Assembly: GCF_002113885.1 (NCBI RefSeq)
Contig: NW_018404536.1
Location: 142,705-206,704 of the forward strand
Length of the DNA: 64,000 nucleotides
Direction of reading: 5' to 3'
DNA from: Mizuhopecten yessoensis
Taxonomy: Eukaryota
Both the position numbers and the translations under genes were made by a program. The notes beneath the pieces are model-generated. The model was not told the origin of the DNA. It saw only the letters and a list, made by a program, of their open reading frames with translations, and made no database searches. Shown here piece by piece: positions 32,698-44,200 of this stretch. Each line of letters opens with the position of its first letter. The stretch's first letter is position 1.

Positions 32698-33328
32698 GAC
32701 TTAGTGGAGTGGTGTCTGTCAAACTGTAACAAAATAGTATCAATTAATGACATAAAGTGTTTACATGTACAAATGAAATGGTATAAATTGTATAGGCAAA
32801 TAAACATTTTGATCAGTACAAAACTAATTTGATAATTATCATTATAGTACATTCTTTATCAATTATTAGCTCTATGTATATCATGCATTTCTGAACCTCT
32901 GAAATTCTTTAATAATCAGCAGTACATTATTTCTTAACCTCAGATTTTCAACCTCCAATATACTATACCAACTTCAGAGTATATGTATTAGAGAATCAGA
33001 GTAAAACTGTAACATTCATTAACTCCTTCAGTATGTGTCATACTCATGTCTACACCTGTACTGAATTTACCTGGCAATTAGAGGTCACTGTGTACGTCAA
33101 ACAGCACATGCATGTTATCAAACTAATAATACAACAAGATAATGTATAATCTATTTATTGTTTATGATCGGTTGTGATGAAGATAAGATAAACATTTCCA
33201 TTGTTATAGTGCAACATACTTATAAAAACAACAATCCTTAGCATTGTGATACAGTCATAATTCTCCTTGAGATAACAAATTTAATTTGCAAAACTACTTT
33301 ATGGACCTTTACAGTACATGTATATGAA

Positions 33329-34077
33329 GTTAGAAGAACTAAACTGGGTTGATTACCACCAACCAGTCCAGCTGGTACAAGATCAATTAGTTAGAGAACC
33401 CATCTAGAGTTTGGAGGGTCCTGGGTTAAAATCCAGGTCTGGCCATGCATTTTTTCCTCTCCTATTACATTTGGTGCCCAACTAAATATACTCACAAGTC
33501 TTGTGTGTTTTCAAGTTCAAAGACTTTGTTAAATGGAGAGAGGAATGTAGCAAAACTGGACTGGGTTGATCAATACCAGATAGCTGTGTAATAGGATGAG
33601 GAATAGCGATTAAGATAGTGCTGTCGCTGGGGCTCCAACCCGCGGCCATTGGCTCTCCAGCCTGATGGTCTATTGCTGAGCTAAATGGAAATTCCCTACA
33701 GCTGACGCTTGTAAGGCAACCTAATTAACCCACATCTTTTACACTATTCTACCCTTTTTTCAAACACCAAAACCAGGCTCTTCGACTTCCCACCAAGGGT
33801 TCTCCTACCTTGAACGGGGAGGGCCACTGGCACCAATTTGTAATAGAACGAGGAAAAGTGATAAAGATAGTGCCATCGCTGGGGCTCGAACCCGCAATCC
33901 TTGGCTCTCCAGCCCGATGCTCTCCCGCTGAGTTAAAGGGAAACTCTCTACAGCCGACACTTGTAAGGCAACCTAATTTAAATCCACAGCTGAATTAGTT
34001 AGAGCACATGTTCAGAGATTGGGAGATTCTGGGTTCAAATCCCAGTCTGGAGGTGCATTTTTTTCTATCCCGTTACA
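33329..34077 (+). mobile_element. tRNA-containing TRIM family B, with its 3' LTR interrupted by another TRIM
   Basis: LTR1 about 33329-33469 (ends TATTACA), PBS TGGTGCCCA at 33472, PPT AAATGGAGAGAGGAA at 33531-33545, LTR2 33546-33586 plus 33989-34077 (ends GTTACA). Flanks TGAA/TAAA. Confidence 0.7.
33587..33988 (-). mobile_element. tRNA-containing TRIM family C nested in family B
   Basis: Two ~150-bp direct repeats (33587-about 33743, 33839-33988). Minus-strand PBS TGGTGCCAGTGGCC and PPT AAAAAAGGGTAGAATAG; A box TAACTCAGCGGGAG, B box GGTTCGAGCCC. Perfect TSD GCTG (33583-33586, 33989-33992). Confidence 0.85.
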
Positions 34078-34902
34078 TAAAAGTCATTTCAATATATATA
34101 TATATATACACTAGACATTTACAATACTAGTTGTTTATCTTCATAATTTATCAACGAATGGCCTGGCATTTACAGGATGTCTGCAGTTATGGTTTATAGA
34201 GTCTAGCGTCTGATCAACAGCATAGTCATTTAAGGACATGCCTCCATGTGTGTTGTGCATATGTGTTAGCTGGAGAGAGAATGCTGGTGTATTTGCCTCC
34301 TTGTGATTATGTGGATCTGATGACAACTATGAAGTGCTACCTCACTGAATTATAGTATTCTTTCCAGGCACATTACCCAGTATACAATATCTATACATTT
34401 AGGTAAACATCTGCATTAAAGAGACTTATTTATAATATGAACTAAATAAGCAAGTTTAATATTTTTATTTTCTAATTTGCAAGGGTTTTGAAATTTTTGA
34501 TAGTAGATAGTTAACCAACTATTCCATGAAGAAGCAGCTACCTTTCCAAAACTTACAAATTCTTACATATCAGTAACTTGGCAAGGTCAGATTGTCTTAT
34601 TGGGTAATAGTTTTGGATTTAACTGGAGAACCTGTACTTGATGTCTGTAAGACAATTTTTCCAGACTTTCTGATATAGTGTTCCAGCTGTCCTGTGGTTT
34701 GGGAATCATGTAGTCTTACATTTCATTGATGCAACAATGATAGCGAAACCAAATCTTGAAGATCAGTTTTGAATGAAATATTTTCATTTAATACGATTTA
34801 ATAGAAAATTAGTGGATGCAGGCAATTTGCTGCCTCTATATCCACATCGATAATCATGTAGTTTAAAATTCATTATGGTAAACATAAAATAAGTCATAGA
34901 TG

Positions 34903-35301
34903 TGTCGCAGATTTTAATTCTACACATACAGTAATAACGGTCACCTTCTACTTTGCGCTAGAGGGAATTTCTCTTTAGTTCAGTGGTAGAGTGTCTGACT
35001 AAAAAGTATGGGATCGCAGCCAAGTTCGATCCCCGGTGGAAGCACAATACTCTCTTTCCTGTAACAAATGGTGTCCGTGGCACTCCCTTCGGTGACAGGG
35101 AGTTAGAACCTGGGTTGTGGTGTTTAAGGGTGAACACATTTTAAAAATGGGGGGAATAGTGTGGCAGATTTTAATTCTACACATTATTACAGTTGCCTTC
35201 TAGCTTTGTGCTAGAGGGAATTTCCCTTTAGCACAGTGGTTGAGCGTCCAACTAGGAAGTAGTGCATCCCTGCAGGAAGCACTACTCTCTTTCCTGTTAC
35301 A
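34903..35301 (+). mobile_element. tRNA-containing TRIM family A, full length
   Basis: LTR1 34903-35066 (TGT...ACA), PBS TGGTGTCCGTGG at 35069, ~90-bp interior, PPT AAAAATGGGGGGAATAG at 35143-35159, LTR2 35160-35301. Flanks GATG/AATG. Confidence 0.85.
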
Positions 35302-36695
35302 AATGATGTAACCACACCAATATTTTGTCTGATTGTGCAAATGGATTCAGAGATACAAATTATGTTTCTGCCTCGATAGCATGTATATCTTGCCTACCTT
35401 TAGGATCAAGAACAAAAAGAATCTATTAAAGCATTATAAAAAACAGTCAGTGCGACTCGTACACTATATTTTTTCTACTAGCCTTCGATTTGCTGCACTA
35501 TTGATTTGTGATATTACAGCGATCCAGACCTTGGGTCGGATACATTTCCCAGCACAAGTGAAAATAAGGATATCCCAGTCTAGATCTGGTAGACAAGGAA
35601 TGGCTATACAGTTCAATAGGCAGGAACACATGCTTGTTATTGTCTGCTAATTAAGATATCAGGTAATGCTGAATATTTATTATACTTGTGAAATTTTCTA
35701 AGTAAAAATATAAGACAAAGGTCGAAGAGACTCGTTCCGGCGGGTGGTAAAGAGAAATATAGGCGAATGGTCCCGTTGCTTCCCTGGTCGAATATTTTAA
35801 TATATTTATCATTGACGATTTTGTTCGAGTTCAAATACTCAAACAGAGTGTCTAATTATACACAAAAGAAAATAACATTATTATATCGACATACATAAGT
35901 AAGAATCGCTAACAAGACGGATGCATCCATGGGTAACAAGAGACAGAGACAGAGAAATGGCACTGTTATTTAGGCGAGGTGAAATTAGGCCGCGTTTTCT
36001 TTTCGCTTCCCCTGGTGTTTTATGATATTTCTCAATTAAAGTAATTCGGTATTGTAGTACACTTACAATTTCAATCAATATTTAGCACATGTAGCTCATC
36101 TGCGGATTTCAAATCGAGGATTAAAGTGGCAAAAACAGCATTTCGTCTTCTCCTCCCTTACTGTTACGTGAAATTACAGCACAATTTCCGTTAACCGGAT
36201 ATAAGATAAGGGCGACTAAATTTTGCCAAATTCTGGTGACGTGTCGGAATTTGTTACATGTAAATTGACGCTGCTGTATTTTCAGTAAAAAAAAGCAGGA
36301 TTTTTAACCCTTGAAATGACAGAATATGATAACCAAATATTGCAATATATAATATCACTTATCATCAGCGTAATCAAAATTCATAAATGACTAGAATGAT
36401 TGTTTTCCGGAAAATATGACCACCGTACTCTTGCAAATATTACTCGTCTTCTCTATACTTCCGCTTATGAAGAGTAAGGTTTGTTGCATGATAGAATGGT
36501 AGTTTACTTGATTACACGACTTTTATCGCTCATTATTCAACTTTTTTATTGAATGAAATGTACTATGTTTAGCGAAATTATTTTTGAAAAGGGTTGAAAT
36601 GCAATACTTATACGTGTTCTTCAAGTACAAAGGTTCCAGCCTCCATTCCCGGGTCCGAGTTGTACGCCCGAAATCCCGCTCGCCCTCTGCCCAAG

Positions 36696-36727
36696 CATAG
36701 GTGGTGGGCACGTGCCCACCACCTATG
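36696..36727. repeat. Perfect 32-bp palindrome flanked by a 7-bp direct repeat
   Basis: CATAGGTGGTGGGCAC-GTGCCCACCACCTATG, with GCCCAAG at 36689-36695 and 36728-36734. Confidence 0.9.
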
Positions 36728-36962
36728 GCCCAAGTAATACACATGATACATTTTTTTGTGTGTTAAACGTTATGTTTGAAGAAAGACATCAGTAACGTCT
36801 TTGAGGTATGTCTATTCTTCCAATCCCAACATCACCTCCGTCCTCTCTCGCTGGATCATATTGTCATTTCACAAAAGTCTGAAATTTTATCAAAAATAAA
36901 ATAATAACAGTAATAAACAAAAATGTAATATGCTCTGTTTTAATCATGTTCTAGTTTTTTGG

Positions 36963-37498
36963 TGTCACCCTGGTAAGATACTAGTTGCTTCCTACCGACT
37001 CGGCTAGGGAGATCATCTCTTTAGTTCATTCGGTAGAGCGTAAGCCAGATGTCCCGGGTTCGACTCCTAGCGGAGGATAAATAATGACCTCTGTTACATT
37101 GGCATCCACCTAGGGACCCGCTAGATATGACAAAAATACTCAGCGATACTTGCAAAGGAACAGCATTGACCACCTGGAAAACTCTGTGACAAGTTCTTTC
37201 CTGGAGGTACTCCCATAACATGAGAGGCCGCTGGTCGGCCGTTTTTCAATCATATATATGATTTTGCCGACTGTTACGCGGCGCCTGTCAAAAGTTTTTC
37301 CCCGTGTAAAACCTCTAACATTGTTAGAGTATCCCGGAGGGGGAGTATGTCGCCCTGTTAAAAAACTAGATGCTTCCTACCAACTCAGCTAGGGAGAATT
37401 TCTCTTTAGCTCTTGCGGTAGAGTGTAAGACTAGTAAGCCAGAGGTCCCGGGTTCGACTCCTAGCGGATGCATTGAAAAAATAATGAACTCTGTTACA
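36963..37498 (+). mobile_element. tRNA-containing TRIM family D, full length
   Basis: LTR1 36963-37098, PBS TGGCATCCACCTAGGGAC, PPT GGAGGGGGAGTA at 37336-37347, LTR2 37348-37498 containing TAGCTCTTGCGGTAGAG...CT-AGT-AA...GGTTCGACTCC (tRNA-Thr(AGT)-like). Perfect TSD TTGG. Confidence 0.9.
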
Positions 37499-38220
37499 TT
37501 GGTTTTTCTGTTATTTTGTAGTTTTGTCAGAATTACTATTAGTTACTATATCTATATTCCCAGACTTGACTTATAGTTATTGCCATTCAGTTCAGTTAGA
37601 GTTAAAAAATCCTGATCCTTAATGCCCACTCAGTTTAAACACCAGTGTGGCCATGCCATTGTGAGAGTATATACAAAAGAATAGGATATAATTACAACAA
37701 CTTCAAAAAAGCTTCACAGGGCTCTGCAGGTTTATTTCAAAAGGACACTGATAAATGAATAATAATAAGACACCCAGTGATTCCACAGACTTTATTGGAA
37801 AATTGTGAGAGGACTACAGCATTTAGTTTTGGTTGTGTTCAGTTGATGGACTTATTTTTTTTCTTATACATTATTCTTAATTTCTTTTAAGTTTTCTTCG
37901 TATACTTTCTAAAAAACTAGTCCCCGGGGAGGAGATAACTAATCATTTACGAATGTACTGTGTATATATACATTTCAGGTATCAGTCATCCTTATGATTA
38001 AAGATATAAAACTAGGAAGATGTTGACTCTCATTTATACGTGGTTACTGAAAGATATTTCTTCCAACATATATTTCAATTGACAGGTGTATATGCATGCT
38101 TTGAACTTGTTGAAGTTGTTATTATGGAGAAGATATGATTTTAAAGTCTGCTTTGACTGTTTTAAAGGAATAATAAAGTGTACTTGAAGAGGACAGCCTA
38201 AAGACTCTACACCCGTCGAG

Positions 38221-41200
38221 ATGTCTCTCTATGATGGGTTAGATATTGACAGTGACAAGGGTGGAAGTGAAACAAAGACAGATGTTTGTATGTAAAAGTA
38301 TTACAAAATTGATAAGCTGAATAAATCATATAAATACTATAACTTGGCAGTCAACGTGTAATTTATTTGTGTTGATGCAATTCCATTGAAACAAAATCGA
38401 TTCTTATTATGATGATATTGAATGATTTGTGAAATTCAATTCCTTCTTCAAGAGCTATCTCGATCGTTTGTATTTTTTCAAATGAACAAAATAAAGTCAT
38501 GTCATACACATAATTGAAGTTTAAGTTTTAATGATGGTATAAATCTCAATGTACATAACATAGACAATCAGACTGACCATACATTTTATATATATTTTCA
38601 ATATTTCAGCTGCATGGTCTTCAAGCTATAAGCTGTTGATGTCACAGCTGCAAGCGAAAAAAGTCTCACTTGTACAAACCAAGGTACAGATTGTATAGAC
38701 AGTAAAGGCAGAGAGTCCTACTTCATGGTCTGTCCTACTGTATGTCAGGCACTGACTATTTTTATGTTAAATCTACATCATTTCTTCTATATTCAGTGTA
38801 ATGATATAGCAGGCCTTTTTGGTTCCTCAATCATTGGTAAAATCATTCCTAAAACTGTTGCTGGAAAGAATTATATCATATTAACATAACGAATAACTTA
38901 TGATATCATAGATAGATTTCTTTTGCATAATATAAATCTTGGCAAAAATGAAAGTAAATGGGCAAGTAAGTTCAAGTAAAATAGAAAAAATAACTGCTGA
39001 ACAAGTTTGAACTGTATTTTATTGGAGACACAACACATGGCACTGTGACTGTCCACCATAATAAGGGAGGGGGGGGGGGGGGGGGGGGATATGTGTGTTT
39101 AAGATATCCTGACCTACCCTAGATTTTACTGCTGACACTAGATATTTTATCACCCACTTGTATCAAAGATTAATATATAAGCCAGGTAACTTCACAGCCA
39201 CTCATGAAAATTTACTTTCTTCCTGTTCTGGGATTCTGACTTCATCCAAATTAATAGCCATAATTGTAATGTGTGGAAATGCATTAAAAAGTTTGAAATA
39301 AAGCATAATATTAATTCACAAAAATAAAAATTTGTATTAAAATAAAAATTATTTGCCTACACCAACCTACCGGTATCCTATTTTTTCCGGCATGTTACCT
39401 GAAACATTCATGCATGTATTTATTTGTTGGGCCTAAAATAGAAAATAAATTGAATTATTGGTATCCAGAAGTATAATATTAACGTAAATATTTTGAATGC
39501 TTACACATGTACAGTGGATAAATATAAGCTCCGTGCTTTATAACCAATTGTAACAAGACAGGGGATCAAGTCCCTTGGCCGAGATATTTTCATGTAAAAG
39601 GAAATTAATATAGGTATATTTCTTTTGTATAATACAAATCTATGAGTTAACAAAAGTACAGAGGCAAGCAACTTCAGTTAAAAGAATATTGAACAAGTTT
39701 GGACTTTATTTCAGTAAAAATTACAACACGTAGCACTGTGATTGTCCACTTTAAACGAGAAAATAGGCTCCTTTGTTGTTTTTCTTACTTCATCATAACA
39801 GTTATTTTTATTCATAAAAGTGAAAACACCTTGAAATTTTTTCAAGAAAAAAAGTTCTTCTGTGATTGAAGAATCAAAACTTTTATGATATACAATACAT
39901 GTAGTTGTGAATGGTAACTTTGATTAAAATAATCTGTTTCACAATATCTTTGAAATTGTTAATTAGAATGTAATTTATTCTCTTACAGCGCCAGCGTCAG
40001 AACACCACTTTGGCACCAGTCGTGGACCTAAAAAGAACTCCTGATTCCTCAGAACTACACTTCAATCTACAGACAGGCAAGGTAGCTATATTATATAAAG
40101 TCAATTTATTTTAGTATTGATTATACTGTATAAAGGTACATAAAGTCTGTGTTTAATTAAAATTGTGGTGGTCAGGTGGCACATGTACCGTGGATAGTGA
40201 ACTTGCCTTTCATCAAGTCGGTCAGGGTTCAATTTTCCTATCAGATGTGAAAGGTATGGGGTCACCTGCCCGATCATGTTGGTTTTCTCCGGGTACTCCA
40301 GTTTCCTCCCACATTAAGACCCCCAGTACGCTAATATCCAACAAGAGGAATCAGTATAAGTTGCTTCTGAATTGTTGTAAAATAGATAAAGTTTATAGTG
40401 AAGTTCTTAAAAGTGGTTTAGGTATTGGAAACACATGTTGAAAAGTTTTCTGATTTTGTTATTACAAATGTTTGCAGAAAACAATTAACACAAAATATGC
40501 TCTCAGATTTAGTCAGATTTGTGAAAGTAGTGAGATTAGGGGAAAACAACTTGTGTATGGTTAAATGTTTCTGAGCTTAAGACAGAAATTATTGTGACTT
40601 TTGGCTTGTTTGCAAGCTCGAGAGCAGAGGAGGAGGTGGAGGACCAATCAACAGTGGCGGGAGCAATGGAGGTGGGGGCGGGGGACCTTCTATAGCAATA
40701 GGAGGATCTCCTTTCCTACCCACAGACCCTGTTCCCTCACTCACGGGGGTCAGTGATGAGTACAATCCTCTTCGACCAAATGATTATGAAGAATTTATGA
40801 AGAAAAGGAAAGATCAGAGACAAAAGGAGCGGGAAGAAGAAAGGAGAAAGGATGGTGGTGACGAGCAGGAAAGAATTCCTCAAGAGAGCCCGAGAGGGTC
40901 GGGCAGGTAGGGAAAAAGAGCTAGTGGCCATGGGTCATGAACATTGGTCTCCACAAATGATTATCATGACCCATTTCCACAAAATATGTTGTGTCGGAAA
41001 CAGAGGCCTCTCACTATTGTCCATTGTTAGAACTCCACAAGTCTTCAAACTTCATGTTTTGATACATCAGGAGGTTATTCACAAATAATCAAAAATGTCA
41101 CTCTGACCTATATTTGCTACTTCACTGCCTTTGGTCAGACTTTGCATTTATAATTTAGCTTCATATTTATCAAAGCATGGACATACATGTTTTACTAGTT

Positions 41201-44200
41201 CTGAACAACGTTTCAGAGCCAATTTGTGTTCAACATTTTGAGTTGCACACAATTCTATATTTTTCACTTAAACTTACTTTTCATAGATATAGAATCTGTT
41301 ATTTCATTATGAAATAGTGTCGGTGACATATAGGTTTGTGTGCTATGTTTTCAGAAAGAGGCGTGATCGTGATCGGGACAGCACTCCTGACCACTTTGGT
41401 CTCAATGAGATGGAAAGAGCCAGACGGAGGAAAGAAGAGGAGGAAGAAGCGGAGTACGAACAGAAACCACGTGGCAAAAGTAATACAGTAGTACTTTGTC
41501 TGCATAGCTCATTCATTCACTGGCTGTGTTAATTTATTACATGAACCAGAAAGTGTCATAATATGATGTAATAATAACTTTAAGACTCCTCAGACTTTTA
41601 TAGCCCAGCTACACAAGTATATAATTAACCTTTGTTTTATAGCCCAGATACACAAGTTTATAATTATACCCTCGCAACAAAAGTTCGCGGGGAAATATAA
41701 CTCGGCCCATTTGTACATACGTATTATAAACTCATCGCTCTAGCGTCCTAATTTCTCAACGGACCTTCATAAACTCATCGCTCTAGCGTCCTAATTTCTC
41801 AACAGAATTTCATTAAACTCATACATAATGAAACTCATACATATATATACACGATGTGTGAATGTGAGGGGATTTGTATCACTTGTGATGCCTTGTTGAC
41901 CTTTTGTTTTATGGCCCAGATACACATCTATAGAACTAAACTTTGCTTGTTTTCAGGTCAGGGGGCGGCCATTGCTCCTCCATCTTCCCTAATTAATGAA
42001 GACATGATCATCAAGGAAGGTAAGTACCCACAATTCTGGGCAGATGCTCATTATACTCAAGGGACGATTAAGGAGGTGTTTCTATGGATCTAGGTTGATA
42101 CTTACTAAAATACTACCTGGTGGATTTAGACAGGGGGTCGGTCATTCATAGTAAGGTTTAATTATTTTTTTGCTGATATCTCTGTCATTTTCACACAAGT
42201 TAGCCCTATTAGGCATACCGCAGGATCATAGCTAGGCATTGTTCTTTACAAATTGCTAAATCCACCACTGATATTACAGTTTCATAACAAAAAACTTCAT
42301 GTCAAACAATTATATTCACATTATCACTTATAATTAGAATATAGCAGATACATTGACATGTATCATTAGTAAGTATTTAAGTCAGAGATATTCAGGAGAT
42401 ATTTGAATTTCATAAAAATTCTTCATGAAAATCAATCAATATAAAGTAAAAACTGAACTGAAATTTAAATACTATTTGATACATATAATGTGTGATTTGT
42501 TCCTATTTGAGGACTAATTTCAGTATATATGTTAGAGGTTTGGTTATAACAGATGTTATTTTTTTTACAGAATCCATGACGCCAGACAGATCCAGGTCAC
42601 CTCCTATGGGTTACACTATAGGATTAGGGTAGGCTAAAAAATAGAAATATGAAAACCTGAATAACATAAATGTACTTTATATCTAAGCATATTCAAAAAC
42701 AGCATATAGAAAATCAATTAGTTGTATCATAATCAAATGCATTATTTAAAAAAATTAAAAAGGATTACCAACATGTATGTTTACAGTATTGAAATCAATA
42801 TTTTCCTTTTCAGAGAATAATTGCTATTTTTTCAATCACAAAATTGAGCAGATAACAAAAACCAATACTCAATTGTTTTGATAGCAAAATTAAATGAAAT
42901 CTAAAATGTTATGTATCTATTCTCAAAATGTTTAAGTAATGTTTTATGCTGTGTTTTCGTTAGGGTACTTTTGTTGATTTCCCCATTTGTTTTATGATAA
43001 AAAAATATGTAATTTAATCAACATTTATTGTATAACTTCACTGTATTAAAATTGTTAAATGAGATATCAGTGTCCTCATATGATTGTCATTTACTTGTAA
43101 AACACACAATTGGATAGATCTGAAATATTGTACACGTATGTGTATTGAGGTGAGTTATAACAGATAACCTTCTTTCTGCAGTGGTTCTGTTGCTTCAAAG
43201 ATCATGGCTAAATATGGATACAAAGAGGGACAGGGACTGGGCAAGTCAGAGCAAGGCATGAGTACAGCCCTCCAGGTGGAGAAAACCAGCAAGCGTGGTG
43301 GCAAGATCATACACGAAAAGGATATTCCAAAAGGTTGATGAGCAAAAACATAATTATAAATACTTTTGATTCTGCATAGTTTTATTTGTGTGTAAAACGT
43401 TAATGTATAGTGACTAATTTGTATAAGTTTTGTTTAATCTGGTTTTCTCTGTAAAAGGCAACCATTTTATTTGTTCTCATATATTTTCATTTTAAAGTTG
43501 ATGTAATGTAGAGTAATGTAAAATTTTGACCATCATATAATGATATATTCGTTTTGTTTATTTGTTTCAAATGTCATATTTTATTTCCTCAGAATTGCCC
43601 AGAGAACCAACACCCAATACTAACTTGCTGAAAAATCCATCCAAAGTAATATTACTGCGGGTATGTGGCTTTATTATTCAAATATAAATTATCACTGTAT
43701 TATTGCTGTAAACAGGAGATACTATGTTACCATGGTCGCTTTCGCATATCCTGGTTGGAACAGTTCAGGTGGTACAGAAATATTCCACGATAAACAAAAG
43801 CACTTGGACCGAACCGTAGACAGAGTTAAAAATGCACAGTTTTGGAGTTTTGTGACAAATAAATAATAAGATATCAAGAAAAAACGGTTCTTTCTTCACA
43901 CATCATCGAAAGTATACATGTATAACATACCCTAAAAATGCATAATTATGTGAATCAACCTTGTTTTATGAAGAAATAATACAAACTAGCAATAGTCAGA
44001 TTTTTAGTTTCATTCAGGCATGTCTGAACCCCTCGTTAAGCTTATACTGAATATTCCTGATGAGGTCAGCCTCAGTTCAGAGTCTGTCATTTTCTTTTTA
44101 GGTTCAGCTAGTTGAAACAGTTGATCAGGATACGCGAAAGGGGCCGATGGTTTTACTTTTAAAGGGGATAAAAAAAATGTCGTTGTCAAGGAAAGTTACT

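Noticed and set aside
37400-37475. Functional tRNA-Thr gene
   Set aside because: No proper acceptor stem, and the sequence is duplicated as part of paired LTRs with PBS, PPT and TSD.
38905-39750. Diverged ~150-bp direct repeat in RBM17 intron 2 as duplicated intronic RNA genes
   Set aside because: No snoRNA boxes or stable fold; better explained as an old local duplication with a MITE in between.
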